Positions 32,477 to 42,336 of a stretch of DNA of 64,000 nucleotides are shown here, in pieces (position 1 is the stretch's first letter; each line of letters starts with the position of its first letter). The stretch is from assembly GCA_963771175.1 (NCBI GenBank), contig CAVYSY010000026.1:32001-96000 (forward strand), given 5' to 3'. Source of the stretch: an uncultured delta proteobacterium. GTDB taxonomy: Bacteria; Myxococcota; Myxococcia; Myxococcales; Myxococcaceae. The notes below the pieces were generated by a model. That model was given only the letters and a program-made list of their open reading frames with translations. It was not told the DNA's origin and made no database searches. A program made the position numbers and the translations under genes.

Positions 32477-33094
32477 TCAGATCTCGACGTTGGTCTCGTT
32501 GCCGAACGGACCCGGGTCATAGAAGCCGAAGTACTGCCGCACGAACCGACGCCGACCCAACTCCACCCACGATACCACGACAGTGACCTGGTGGATCGCC
32601 ACGCCCGTGACCTCGTCCGGCTTCTCGATCACCACCAGGACGCGCCGGTAGCGGTCGAGGTCCGAGGTCGAGTAGCCAGGGAGCAGCCGGCTGTCGACCG
32701 CCTTCGCCTTCTCGGCGGCATCGAGGTCGTAGATGCACCGGACGGCCCACGCATCCCCGGTGCCCGGCGTCAGGGTCTCCATTCCCCCGGCGAGCGCCAG
32801 GACATCCTTGTTCGTCGTGCACCCGGCGCCACTGAGCATGCCGGGGCTGGCCGTCGAGCCGATCACCCGCTCGCGGCCCTGGGTGTCCAGCGCCACGCGC
32901 ACCTGCGAGGCGATGCCGGAAGCGCGGGTCGCCAGGTTGGCCATGGAGTTCTGCCGGCTGGCCACCATGATGCCCTGGAAGACGCCCATCATGCCGATCA
33001 GCAGCACCACCGAGGCGGTCATTCCCTCGATGAGCGAGACACCACGCTGGGCGGCACGGTTGCGTCGGACACGGCGGCGGGAGAAGGTGTCCAC
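32477..33094 (-). CDS. pilV: PilV-like minor pilin
   Basis: RG|VSLIEGM..SVVLLIGMMG, C-terminal VTVVVSW; GTG start after GGAGG. Confidence 0.8.
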   Translation of the reverse strand: MDTFSRRRVRRNRAAQRGVSLIEGMTASVVLLIGMMGVFQGIMVASRQNSMANLATRASGIASQVRVALDTQGRERVIGSTASPGMLSGAGCTTNKDVLALAGGMETLTPGTGDAWAVRCIYDLDAAEKAKAVDSRLLPGYSTSDLDRYRRVLVVIEKPDEVTGVAIHQVTVVVSWVELGRRRFVRQYFGFYDPGPFGNETNVEI

Positions 33095-33108
33095 GGCGGT
33101 TCCTCCGG

Positions 33109-33795
33109 TCAGAGCTTGTCGGGGGCGAAAGTGGCCATGTAGCCGGCGGGGCCGGAGATGGCGAAGAGGTACTGACCACGGCCTTCCACGCTGCTGAAGG
33201 CCAGGGACTGGTTCGGGGTGGTGAGGAAGCCGCCCTCCCCGTCCACGAAGCGGGCCCCTCCATCCGGGAAGAAGACGACGGCGCCGCGCGAGTAGCCGGA
33301 GCCGGAGCAGAAGCTGCATGTCTGCACGGACAGCCCCTTGAAGGGCGCACCGAACAGGTCCGTGCGACCGGGCGTCAGCGCCTCGAAGCGCGCCTTCTTG
33401 CTGTAGTCCTGCAGGTAGGTCACCTGCGTGACGCCCTCGAGGTCCGCCAGCGCGGCCGACATCACCACGTGGGAAGCGCGCAGGTAGGTACCGTTCTGAT
33501 CCTCCACCACCGCGAACGAGCCCAGGCCCCCCGTCTTCGCCGTGCGGCTGGCCGTCGGGAAGACCAACACCCAGACCGGATAGCCCCGCGACACCGCCCG
33601 CGTGCGCGCCGAGCTCAGCACGCCCTGGAAATCGAAGGCGGCGTTCTGCAAGGCCCCACGCCGGCCCACCTCGGAGTAGGCCACCATGGACAGGCCCACC
33701 AGGATGCCCAGGATGGCCAACACGACTACCAGCTCGATGAGGGTATAGCCCCCATCTCGATGCTCCCGCTTCGCTGGATTCGCGTGATTGCTCAT
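33109..33795 (-). CDS. fimU: FimU/FimT-like minor pilin
   Basis: GG|YTLIELVVVLAILGIL, LSSARTRAVSRG, VVFFPDGGA. Confidence 0.8.
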   Translation of the reverse strand: MSNHANPAKREHRDGGYTLIELVVVLAILGILVGLSMVAYSEVGRRGALQNAAFDFQGVLSSARTRAVSRGYPVWVLVFPTASRTAKTGGLGSFAVVEDQNGTYLRASHVVMSAALADLEGVTQVTYLQDYSKKARFEALTPGRTDLFGAPFKGLSVQTCSFCSGSGYSRGAVVFFPDGGARFVDGEGGFLTTPNQSLAFSSVEGRGQYLFAISGPAGYMATFAPDKL

Positions 33796-34258
33796 GCCGC
33801 CCATTTTGTACTAGAGAACACGTTACCCGGCTTTACACAAAAAACAAAAGATTCTTAGATTATCGAAAGTTGGGTGACCAACCCAACCTGTCAGATCTGC
33901 ATCCCGCCTCGTTGACCCTCTCCAGCGGAGAGGATCCCTCATTGTCCCGAGTGGACGCAATCCGGTGCGCGAACCACACGGGAAGCCCACCGGAAAACCC
34001 GAGCACGTCTATTATCGAGTGAGCCTGGGCCTGGTTGCTCAAACTCTTTCTCTTTTGGGGCATTGGAGCGGGAACAATCCCCGCCTTCTGCTTCACCTGA
34101 AAGAGTTGGAGGCCCCTGTGCATGGCCCGGCAGTCAAGCAAGAGGCAGGCCGCCTGCCAACCCCCTGAAATGACGAGTGCCTGGGAGCACGCACCGCAGG
34201 TGTTGCGGTGTGAAACCCCGCAAAGTTTGCGAGGTCCGCAAACTCTTGCACCTTGTGA

Positions 34259-35215
34259 TTAACCAGACAGCTCGGAGAGGATTTCCAGGAAGGCGGAACG
34301 GGCCCGCTCCAGCTCGCCGGCCTTGAAGCTGATGGCGGCCACCACGGGGTGACCGCCCCCGCCGTAGCGCGAGGCGATGGAGGCCAGATCATGCCGCCGC
34401 GACTCGGGGCGCCACGGGTTGGAGCCGAGCGACACCTTGGCGCGCGTGGGCCCCTGCCCCACCCAGAGGGTGTAGCGGGCCTCGGGGTAGAGGGCGTAGG
34501 CGATGAACTTGTTGAGGCTGTCGACGCCCTCGTCCGCCAGGTCGAAGGAGACGACGCCGTTCTCGTAGCGGGCCTTGGCGCGCACCAGGTCGATGTGGCG
34601 CCGGTGGCGCTCGAGCAGCGGCGCGAGCGGCCCGGCGATCAGCGGCGAGGCGGCGATGGACGCCAGCGACTCGGTCTGCAGGCGTTCAATCACCTGGGGG
34701 ATGAGCGCCGGGTCCTTGTTGGCCTCGAGCACCGTCATGATGCGCAGGGCGGGCTCCTCCAGCGCCACGGCCATCTCGGGGCTGGGGAAGAGCGCGCCGT
34801 CGATGATCTCCGCCCAGTGGAGGAGCTCGGCCATGGGCGAGGGATCCCACCCGAAGCGCTCGCGCGCCACGTCCGCGAGATAGCGCGTGCAACTCTTGCG
34901 GTGCGCGTCGTGGAACTTGTGCCCGCTGGCGTCGGCCCGGAAATGGGCCTCGTCGCCGGGCTGCTGGAAGGCGGAGACGTGGTGGTCGAACCACCAGGAG
35001 AGCCGCGGGTCCTGGCTGTAGCGGAAGTCGACGATGGCGTTCTCGTCCCCGGAGAAGACGGCCGGATCAATCGCCGCGCCCCCCGCCTGGTGGGCCAGCC
35101 CCTGGTAGGTGAAGCGGGCATCCCCTCGGATGCGCTCGCGGTAGAAGCGGGTGAAGACCGCCGCGCTCGCGGCGCCGTCGAAGCAACTATCGTGGAAGAG
35201 GACGTGGACGTTCAT
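34259..35215 (-). CDS. DHH-family phosphoesterase
   Basis: FHDSCFDG, VDFRY, WFDHH, C-terminal GGGHPVVAAI. Confidence 0.85.
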   Translation of the reverse strand: MNVHVLFHDSCFDGAASAAVFTRFYRERIRGDARFTYQGLAHQAGGAAIDPAVFSGDENAIVDFRYSQDPRLSWWFDHHVSAFQQPGDEAHFRADASGHKFHDAHRKSCTRYLADVARERFGWDPSPMAELLHWAEIIDGALFPSPEMAVALEEPALRIMTVLEANKDPALIPQVIERLQTESLASIAASPLIAGPLAPLLERHRRHIDLVRAKARYENGVVSFDLADEGVDSLNKFIAYALYPEARYTLWVGQGPTRAKVSLGSNPWRPESRRHDLASIASRYGGGGHPVVAAISFKAGELERARSAFLEILSELSG

Positions 35216-35400
35216 GGGCAGGCCTTTACTGCAAGGGGACGCCGGCGCCCACCGCCGCGAACAGGCCCTCGGAGGCCTCCAGCGAGCTGGGGCGCGCCTG
35301 ACAGGTGTGTACAAAAAGACTCAACGAAACGAGCCATTTCCCCTGGAAGAGTGAACGAATCATGGAACCCCTCCCCGCGGTTCGAGACGGTTGCTGACTG

Positions 35401-35456
35401 CAAGTCCCTGATTTCCCGTGGGGGCAAGTAGACGAGCGCTCGGTACGTTAATTGCT
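35401..35456 (+). promoter_or_regulatory. Sigma-54 promoter with adjacent IHF-like site
   Basis: CGGTACGTTAATTGCT (GG-N10-GC) at 35441-35456; CAAGTCCCTGATT at 35401-35413 matches reverse IHF consensus YAANNNNTTGATW with 1 mismatch. Confidence 0.6.
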
Positions 35457-35510
35457 TGAAGTCTGGCCTCATCAGTCCAGCAACCCACGCGGTGCGGGTG
35501 GGAGGACACC

Positions 35511-35741
35511 ATGGCCAAGACGGCGACACGCAAGCGCGGCTCGGTCCAACGCCAGGGGCGACGGGTGATGCCGACGCCCCGGAGGGCCTCGCAGCGCAAG
35601 GCGCCCCCGGCGCTGACGGTGGGCGAGCTCATCGCGGCGGCCTACGACACGGCCGGCGGCGAGCAGTGCGAGGTGCTCAAGATCGTCACCTCGCCCCAGA
35701 TGAGCCGGGTGCTGGGACGGCGCATCGTCCTGGTGGGCTGA
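35511..35741 (+). CDS. Small basic hypothetical protein (76 aa)
   Basis: Strong RBS GGAGG; Arg/Lys-rich N-half, then LTVGELIAAAYDTAG...LGRRIVLVG. Confidence 0.75.
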   Translation: MAKTATRKRGSVQRQGRRVMPTPRRASQRKAPPALTVGELIAAAYDTAGGEQCEVLKIVTSPQMSRVLGRRIVLVG

Positions 35742-35795
35742 GCGGACCCGACTCCCCTCCCCCTTGTTGCGGCCCGAGGGAGTGTGCACAGGAGA

Positions 35796-35829
35796 ACGCC
35801 CGCGCCTCGTGACCACCGAGACGCGGGCG
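35796..35829. terminator. Hairpin between convergent genes
   Basis: ACGCCCGCGCCTCG-TGACCAC-CGAGACGCGGGCGT. Confidence 0.45.
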
Positions 35830-35856
35830 TCGGGCCCTACCCCGCTCTACAGAGGA

Positions 35857-37373
35857 CTACCGCGGCTGCCAGCGAGGACGGTGGTCGTCGGCGCGGTTGC
35901 TCGGGAGGGTGCTACCGGCCCAGGTGTGCGTGATGGGGTCGCCCACCTTGAACACGGCCTCCTCCGTCGCCGTCGGATCGATCTGCTGGACCCTCAGCTT
36001 CCCGCCGGAGAGATACGCGATGAAGTGCCCGTCCGGAGAGAACGACGGCAGGGTCGCCTCGGTCGCGAACAAGAACGCGCTGCCCACCGGCGCGCCCGTG
36101 GCGTCGACACGCTGCACGTAGAGGACGTTGCCCTGCTGGCCCCCGCAGTTGGCCTGACCGCTGCAAGTGACGGCGGAACCAGAAGTCGGTTGGAAGTAGT
36201 AGGTCCGGACGTAGGCGACGTGCGTCCCGCCCGGTGCCCACGTGTGGTTGGCGATGTACGACTTGAGCTTGCCCCCGGAGATCGCGTCTTCGGAGACGTT
36301 CGCAACCGCCACGGGAGCGGGCGGGGTCGTCCCCCCGCCGAGGGATTGAGGGTGAAGAGCGCGGTGAGAGGAGTCTCCGAGCCGCTGATCACCAGCGCGG
36401 GCCTGTCCTGGACATCGAGGTAGAGCAGGACGCCATTGGCCTCGTTGTGCAGCGGCTGCTCGGCCGTCGTGGGCGAACCCGCCACCGAGGTCTCCGCTCC
36501 GCCGACCACCTTGTTCTTCAGCCCCAGGGTGTTCAGGCTGAAGGCGAAGCTGTTGCCGTCCGCCGCCCAGGAGGGGAAGCCCCCCGCGGAGGTGCCGGTC
36601 TGGACGTCACCGCCCGTCCCGGCGATGTAGAAGATGCCCGAGGTGCTCGCTCCAACCTTCTTGGTCCAAGCGATGTTGGACGAGGGCGCCCACTCCAGAT
36701 GGCTGAACTCCTCGGTACCGCCAGCGGCGGCGTTGGTCACGAGAGTGGTCGTCTGTCCCGCGGTGAGCGGGATGTTCCGGGAGACGAGCATCGGGCCGCC
36801 GGTGGCCCCCTCTTCCACGAAGGCCACCGCGGTGCCGTCCTTGTTCCAGCGTGGGAACCGGCTCTGGTTCGTGAGGCTCTCGCTGAGCTTCGTCGGCTCG
36901 GTGGTGGCCTTGTGGCGCACGACCACCGCATCCGTGGTCGAACCAGCGGTCAGCGTCCTCGTCACCGCGAGGTGGAGCTGCGCGCACTTCCTGGAATCAC
37001 CGGACAGCTCGCAGCGCAGGCCCGCCATGCACTCGTTGCTGGTCGTGCAGGCGCCACCCTCGGCGACGGTCATCGTGCCCGCGTCCGTCTGCGTCCCCGC
37101 ATCCGTCTCCGTGCCCGCGTCCGTCTGCGTCCCCGCATCCGTCTGCGTCCCGGCATCCGTGTAAGTGCCCGCGTCCGCCTCCGTCCCCGTACCGGGCGAC
37201 TGCGTGACGTCCTCGAGGACGCACTCGTTCTCGACGCAGGCCCACTGCCTGCCCTCGGCGGGAGTCCCCTTGTCCTCACGACAGTCGAACACGTCGGTGC
37301 ACTCATCAGAACAGCCGGTCACTACCAACATCAGCGCGCTCATGAGCGCACCGAGGACAACACGCTTGGTCAT
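35857..37373 (-). CDS. Lipoprotein with Cys-rich modules, DAG-repeat linker and TolB-like (PD40) beta-propeller (one frameshift near 36320)
   Basis: Lipobox VTGC; PRWNKDGTAVAF, PSWAADGNSFAF, WAPGGTHVAYV, PSFSPDGHFIAY repeats. Confidence 0.78.
37074..37181. repeat. 6 x 18-bp tandem repeat encoding (T-x-[TA]-D-A-G)n
   Basis: Units such as CGTGCCCGCGTCCGTCTG and CGTCCCCGCATCCGTCTC. Confidence 0.85.
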
Positions 37374-37505
37374 ATGGATCCTCCGAAGCCAACGCGTGCG
37401 TAGTAGGTACAGCACGGGCCCTCGGGAGGCGGGTTGACGCAACTACACCGCTCCCGCTGTCTCGGGATGAACGACGGACGAACGAAGCACCCCCGGACCT
37501 TTCCG

Positions 37506-38303
37506 ATGATTGACACCCACTGCCACCTTGACGCATCGCGCTTCGAGCCGGACCGCGACGACGTGCTCGCCCGCGCCTGGGCCGCCGGACTGCACGGCAT
37601 CCTCGTTCCCGGCGTGGGCCCGGAGAACTGGGAGCCCCTGCTCGCCATGTCCCGCGCCGAACCACGCATCCAGGTGGGGCTCGGCATCCACCCGCAGTTC
37701 CTCCCGGACCTCCCCCCCGAGGAGGACGAGCTGCACCTGGAGCGTCTGGACGCGCTGCTCGCGCGAGGGGGCGCCATCGCCGTGGGCGAGTGCGGGTTGG
37801 ATGGGCCCTCGGCCGCGGGGGCTCCCATGGAGCGCCAGGTGGCGGTGCTGCGGCGGCACCTGGCGCTCGCGCGCAAGTACGAGCTGCCCGTGCTGATGCA
37901 CTGCTTCCGCGCGCACCCCGCGCTCATCGAGCTGTTCAAGGAGGAACCCCTGCCCGAGGCCGGCGTGCTGATGCACAGCTACGGCGGGGGCGCGGACCTG
38001 GCGCGCTTCTACATCCAGAAGGGCTGCCACTTCTCCTTCGCGGGCCCCGTCACCTGGGCCGAGGCCCGCAAGCCCCTGGACGCCCTGCGCGTCATCCCCC
38101 CCGACCGGCTGATGGCCGAGACGGATGCCCCGGACCAGGCCCCCACGCCCCACCGGGGGCAGCGCTCGGAGCCCGGCTACCTGCCGCGCGTCATCGAGGG
38201 CATGGCCCGGGTGCTAGGGGAACCGGTGGAGGTGCTTGCCCAGCGGACGACCGAGAATGCCCGCCGCCTCTTCCGGGAAGCCTTTCCCCCGCCTTCGCTG
38301 TAG
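37506..38303 (+). CDS. tatD: TatD-family hydrolase/DNase
   Basis: MIDTHCHLD, GIHPQ, AVGECGLD, MHSYGG, ETDAPD. Confidence 0.92.
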   Translation: MIDTHCHLDASRFEPDRDDVLARAWAAGLHGILVPGVGPENWEPLLAMSRAEPRIQVGLGIHPQFLPDLPPEEDELHLERLDALLARGGAIAVGECGLDGPSAAGAPMERQVAVLRRHLALARKYELPVLMHCFRAHPALIELFKEEPLPEAGVLMHSYGGGADLARFYIQKGCHFSFAGPVTWAEARKPLDALRVIPPDRLMAETDAPDQAPTPHRGQRSEPGYLPRVIEGMARVLGEPVEVLAQRTTENARRLFREAFPPPSL

Positions 38304-38330
38304 GGGAGCGTCGCGCTATAGAGGCCCACC

Positions 38331-39197
38331 ATGAATCCGCAGCCCACTCCCCCCGAGACCGTCCCTGATACCCGGCACCCCTGCCCCCTCGGAGCCCAAG
38401 CCCTTCAAGCTGCACCGGCGCTTCGACCGCACCGGCCGCCTGCTCGGCGACCTGGCGATGGAGCGGCTGTCGAAGGCCCGTGTGGTGGTGTTCGGCCTGG
38501 GTGGCGTGGGCAGCTACGCCGCCGAGGGCCTCGTGCGCAGCGGCGTCGGCCACCTCACGCTGGTGGACTTCGACGACGTGTGCGTCACCAACGGCAACCG
38601 GCAGCTCCACGCCACCGCGAAGACGGTGGGCAAGCCCAAGGCGGAGCTGATGGCGCAGCGCTGCAAGGAGATCAACCCCGACGCCAACGTGGTGGGCCTG
38701 CGCGAGTTCTACCGCGACGAGCTGGCCGACCAGCTGCTCTGCTCCCGGTAGCTACGACTACGTGGTGGACGCCATCGACAACGTGAAGGCGAAGCTGCAC
38801 CTGCTGCACCGGTGCGTCAGCCTGGGGATTCCCGTGGTGAGCTCCATGGGCGCGGCGGCCCGCCTGGACCCCACCGCCATCCGCGTGGAGGACCTGTGCG
38901 AGACGCACATGGACCCCTTCGCCAAGGACATCCGCAAGCTGCTCAAGCGCAAGTACGGCGTGCCCACCGAGCGGCCCACGGGCATCACCGCCGTGTACTC
39001 CATCGAGGCGCGGCGCCAGCCCCTGTCGCTGCGCTACGACGTCGGACGACGGCTTCTCGTGCGTGTGCCCCAACGACAACGACTTCCACAGCTGCGAGCA
39101 CCGCAACCAGATTGACGGCAGCGTGGCCTTCGTCACCTCCGTGTTCGGCATGAACGCGGCGGGCGTCGTCGTGCGACGCCTCTCCGTGGGGCGGTAG
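38331..39197 (+). CDS. tcdA: tRNA threonylcarbamoyladenosine dehydratase (ThiF family; frameshifted)
   Basis: FGLGGVGSYAAEGL.RSGVG, DFDDVCVTN.NRQ, VDAIDN, SSMGAA.RLDPT, DPFAKDIRK.L, AFVTSVFG. Confidence 0.87.
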
Positions 39198-39200
39198 GCC

Positions 39201-40151
39201 TCAGGCCACCTTCGCCGCCGCTCCCTCGCGACCGCAGGGGCGGCGGAAGGCACAGCGCGCACAGGAGGACAGCTCGTCCGTCAGCGGGAAGGCGGACGCG
39301 TCCTTCGGCGTGTTGGTGGCGGGGTCGGCCAGCAGCTCGCGCATCCGCGCCACGCTCTGCGCGAAGCGCGCCTTGAAGCCCTCCATCGCGTCGCGGTCCA
39401 CCTGCACCGCGTGCTCCACCCCGTCGTTCAGGTACACCAGCGAGGCGCGCACCTTCTCCAGCGGCTGCTGGTAGCGCTGCGACACGTACAGCGCGTAGCC
39501 CAGCACCTGCTCGTCGTAGCCGTCCCGCGCCTTCCCCGTCTTCCAGTCCACCACCACCGGCGTGCCGTCCGCCTCCAGGTAGGCGAAGTCGGGGATGGCG
39601 AACACCTTCACCCCGTCCAGCGTGAAGGTGGAGAAGTCGGCCCCCGCGTCCACCTCCAGCCACTGCGCCGGCTTCAGCCCCCGCGCCAGCTCCGGCCAGC
39701 GCGAGTTGAAGAACCAGCCCAGCGCCGAGCGCACCGTCTCCGCGTTCTGCTTCCACGCCTCGTCCGGCACCGGCTCGTCGTACTCGTGTTCCACCAGGCC
39801 CGAGAACGTCTTGCGGTACTTCTGCGTCCAGTACCCCTTGCTCCGCGAGTACCGGAAGTCCTCCCGCATCAGCCCGAGCGCCCGCGCCTCCACCTTCGCC
39901 GGGTCCACCGAGCGCCCCGCGCGCCAGTCCAGCAGCGCGTCCTTGACGGCATCGTGCACCACGCTGCCCGCCCACGCGTAGCGGTTGCCCAGCTTCTTCA
40001 GCACGTACAGCTCGCGCACCTCCTTCGGCGCGCCCGACTCCCAGCCGCCCCAGGAGCGGTAGTAGTAGTAGTAATACGCCCGCTGGCACTCCTGGAGCTT
40101 CTCGTGGCGGCTCTTGGACCAGGAGAAGTCGTTGCTGAAGACACGTCGCAT
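39201..40151 (-). CDS. PD-(D/E)XK nuclease, Cas4/AddB-like with Fe-S Cys pattern
   Basis: N-terminal ECQRAYY, GSVVH, PDFA...VVDWKTG, QVLGY, C-terminal CARCAFRRPC. Confidence 0.82.
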   Translation of the reverse strand: MRRVFSNDFSWSKSRHEKLQECQRAYYYYYYRSWGGWESGAPKEVRELYVLKKLGNRYAWAGSVVHDAVKDALLDWRAGRSVDPAKVEARALGLMREDFRYSRSKGYWTQKYRKTFSGLVEHEYDEPVPDEAWKQNAETVRSALGWFFNSRWPELARGLKPAQWLEVDAGADFSTFTLDGVKVFAIPDFAYLEADGTPVVVDWKTGKARDGYDEQVLGYALYVSQRYQQPLEKVRASLVYLNDGVEHAVQVDRDAMEGFKARFAQSVARMRELLADPATNTPKDASAFPLTDELSSCARCAFRRPCGREGAAAKVA

Positions 40152-40264
40152 GGAGGCCGCGCATCCTAGACGGCCCCTCGCTTCTCTAGAAGGGGGACAG
40201 GCGAGCAGGCACGCCCCCGCAGGTCCTTTTCCGGCACGGGCGAGCCGCTAAGGTGCGCGCCGCC

Positions 40265-41074
40265 ATGGCGACCCAAGACTTCCAGGACAAGGTGGTGCTC
40301 ATCACCGGTGCCTCCAGCGGCATCGGCCGCGCGGCGGCGAAGGCCTATGCCTCCCGAGGTGCCCACATCGTGCTCGCCGCCCGTCGCGAGCCCCAGCTCC
40401 AGGACGCCGCGCGCGAGGTGGAGGCACTCGGGGTGCGGGCCCTCCCCGTGCGCTGCGACGTCACCCGGGAGGAGGACGTGGCGCGGCTCGTGCGCGAGAC
40501 GGAGGCCGCCTTCGGTGGGCTGGACGTCCTCGTCAACAACGCCGGACTCGGCCTCTATGGCCCCGTCGAGGCCTTGAGCGAGGCGCAGCTCCGCCAGGTC
40601 TTCGACATCAACTTCTTCGGCCTCGTGCGCGTCACCCGCGCCGCCCTGCCGCTGCTGCGCAAGCGCGCTCCCGGCTCGCAGGTGGTCAACGTCAGCTCCG
40701 TGCTGGGCCACCGGGGCCTGCCCCTGCTCGGCGGCTACGGCGCCTCCAAGGCCGCGGTGAACCTCCTCACCGAGTCGCTGCGCGCCGAGCTCGCCACCGA
40801 GGGCATCTCCGTGCTGCTCGTCTCCCCGGGCCTCACCGAGACCGAGTTCCGCGACGCCCGCCTCAACGCCGAGGGCTGGCAGCAGGACGCCATCCCCTTG
40901 AACGCGATGAGCTCCGAGGCCGTGGCCTCCGCCATGGTCCGCGCCAGCCGCCGCAAGCGCCGGGAGACGGTCCTCACCCTGCCCGGCCGCGTCATGGTGC
41001 TCGCCAACCGGCTCGTCCCGGGTCTCTTCGACCACGTGGCGCGCCGCATCGCGAATCCCGCGAAGAAGCCATGA
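40265..41074 (+). CDS. SDR-family oxidoreductase
   Basis: TGASSGIG, NNAG, YGASK. Confidence 0.92.
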   Translation: MATQDFQDKVVLITGASSGIGRAAAKAYASRGAHIVLAARREPQLQDAAREVEALGVRALPVRCDVTREEDVARLVRETEAAFGGLDVLVNNAGLGLYGPVEALSEAQLRQVFDINFFGLVRVTRAALPLLRKRAPGSQVVNVSSVLGHRGLPLLGGYGASKAAVNLLTESLRAELATEGISVLLVSPGLTETEFRDARLNAEGWQQDAIPLNAMSSEAVASAMVRASRRKRRETVLTLPGRVMVLANRLVPGLFDHVARRIANPAKKP

Positions 41075-42201
41075 GCCCTCCGCGCAAGCGCAAGGAGCCC
41101 GCCCCCGAAGTCCTCATCGCGCCCGAGCGCCGCGAGTCCCTGCGCGCGCGGCTGCTGGAGTGGTACGACCGGCAGAAGCGCGACCTGCCCTGGCGCCGCA
41201 CGAGAGATCCCTACGCCATCTGGCTCAGCGAGGTGATGCTGCAGCAGACGCAGGTGGCCACCGTCATCCCCTACTGGGAGCGCTTCCTCCTGCGCTTCCC
41301 CACGGTGGAGGCCCTCGCCGCCGCGCCCCTGCCGGACGTGCTCGCCGCGTGGCGGGGGCTCGGCTACTACTCGCGCGCGCGCAACCTGCACCGCGCCGCC
41401 CAGGAGGTGGTGGCCCGCTTCGGCGGCCGGCTGCCCTCCACCGCCGCCGAGCTGCTCACCCTCCCCGGCTTCGGCCGCTACACCTCGGGCGCCGTGGCCT
41501 CCATCGCCTTCGGTGAGCCCGCGCCGCTGGTGGATGGCAACGTGGCCCGCGTCCTCTCCCGCCTCTTCGAGGTGGAGGGCGCCCCGGGAGACCGCGCCCG
41601 CGAGGCCCGGCTGTGGGCGCTCGCCACCGAGCTCGTCGTGGGCGAGCGCCCCGGCGACTTCAACCAGGCGCTCATGGAGCACGGCGCCACCGTGTGCCGC
41701 CCGGAGAGCCCCCTGTGCCTGCTGTGCCCCGTACGCGAGGGGTGCCTCGCGTACCTCCATGGCCGCGTCGACGAGCTGCCGCCGGCCAAGGTGCGCGCCG
41801 CGCCCAAGCGGATGACGCTCGCGGTGGCCGTCTGGGCCCATGAAGGCCGGTTGTTGCTCGCGCGCCGCGCGGAGAAGGGACTCTTCGGCGGCCTGTGGGA
41901 GCTGCCCGCCGCCGAGGTGGAGGACGACACCCCCGACGCGGAATCCGCCACCCGGCTGGCCACGGCGCTCGGCGCGAAGCTCTCCGCGCGAGGCCACCTC
42001 GGCACCGTGCGCCGGCAGCTCACCCACCGCGCGCTCTCGCTCCGCCTGCTCCGGGTGGACGGCCATCAACGCCCCACCCAGGCCCCCGCCTTCCGCGAGC
42101 TGCGCTGGTGCACCCCCGACGAGGCCTCGGCGCTCGGCATGAGCACCGCCATGCACAAGGCCCTCGAGGCCGCCATCGCCGCGGGCGCGCTCCAGGAGTG
42201 A
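41071..42201 (+). CDS. mutY: A/G-specific adenine glycosylase
   Basis: RDLPWR, SEVMLQQTQV, GLGYYSRARNL, VDGNVARV, CRPESPLCLLCPVREGC. Confidence 0.95.
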   Translation: MSPPRKRKEPAPEVLIAPERRESLRARLLEWYDRQKRDLPWRRTRDPYAIWLSEVMLQQTQVATVIPYWERFLLRFPTVEALAAAPLPDVLAAWRGLGYYSRARNLHRAAQEVVARFGGRLPSTAAELLTLPGFGRYTSGAVASIAFGEPAPLVDGNVARVLSRLFEVEGAPGDRAREARLWALATELVVGERPGDFNQALMEHGATVCRPESPLCLLCPVREGCLAYLHGRVDELPPAKVRAAPKRMTLAVAVWAHEGRLLLARRAEKGLFGGLWELPAAEVEDDTPDAESATRLATALGAKLSARGHLGTVRRQLTHRALSLRLLRVDGHQRPTQAPAFRELRWCTPDEASALGMSTAMHKALEAAIAAGALQE

Positions 42202-42336
42202 GCACCGCTGTCCGGCAGTGGACGGATCTCGATTCGACGTGTCGCTCCGAGAACTCAGGGACCCGGGTCCAATTCCCCTGGCCCGGGTGCGTGCCGATGC
42301 TCCGGGCCGCAATCTTTCCACCAGAGGAGACCCCTG

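Noticed and set aside
33805..34258. c-di-GMP (GEMM) or other known riboswitch upstream of the pilin cluster
   Set aside because: The conserved GEMM sequence and tetraloop/receptor arrangement could not be identified; kept only as an unexplained dyad-rich region.
37074..37181. Tandem repeat as a CRISPR array
   Set aside because: Contiguous 18-bp coding units with no spacers.
39201..40151. CRISPR-Cas locus suggested by the Cas4-like nuclease
   Set aside because: No repeat-spacer array or other cas genes in the window.
42278..42300. Sigma-54 promoter before the DUF2934 gene
   Set aside because: GG-to-GC spacing is 11 nt rather than the required 10.
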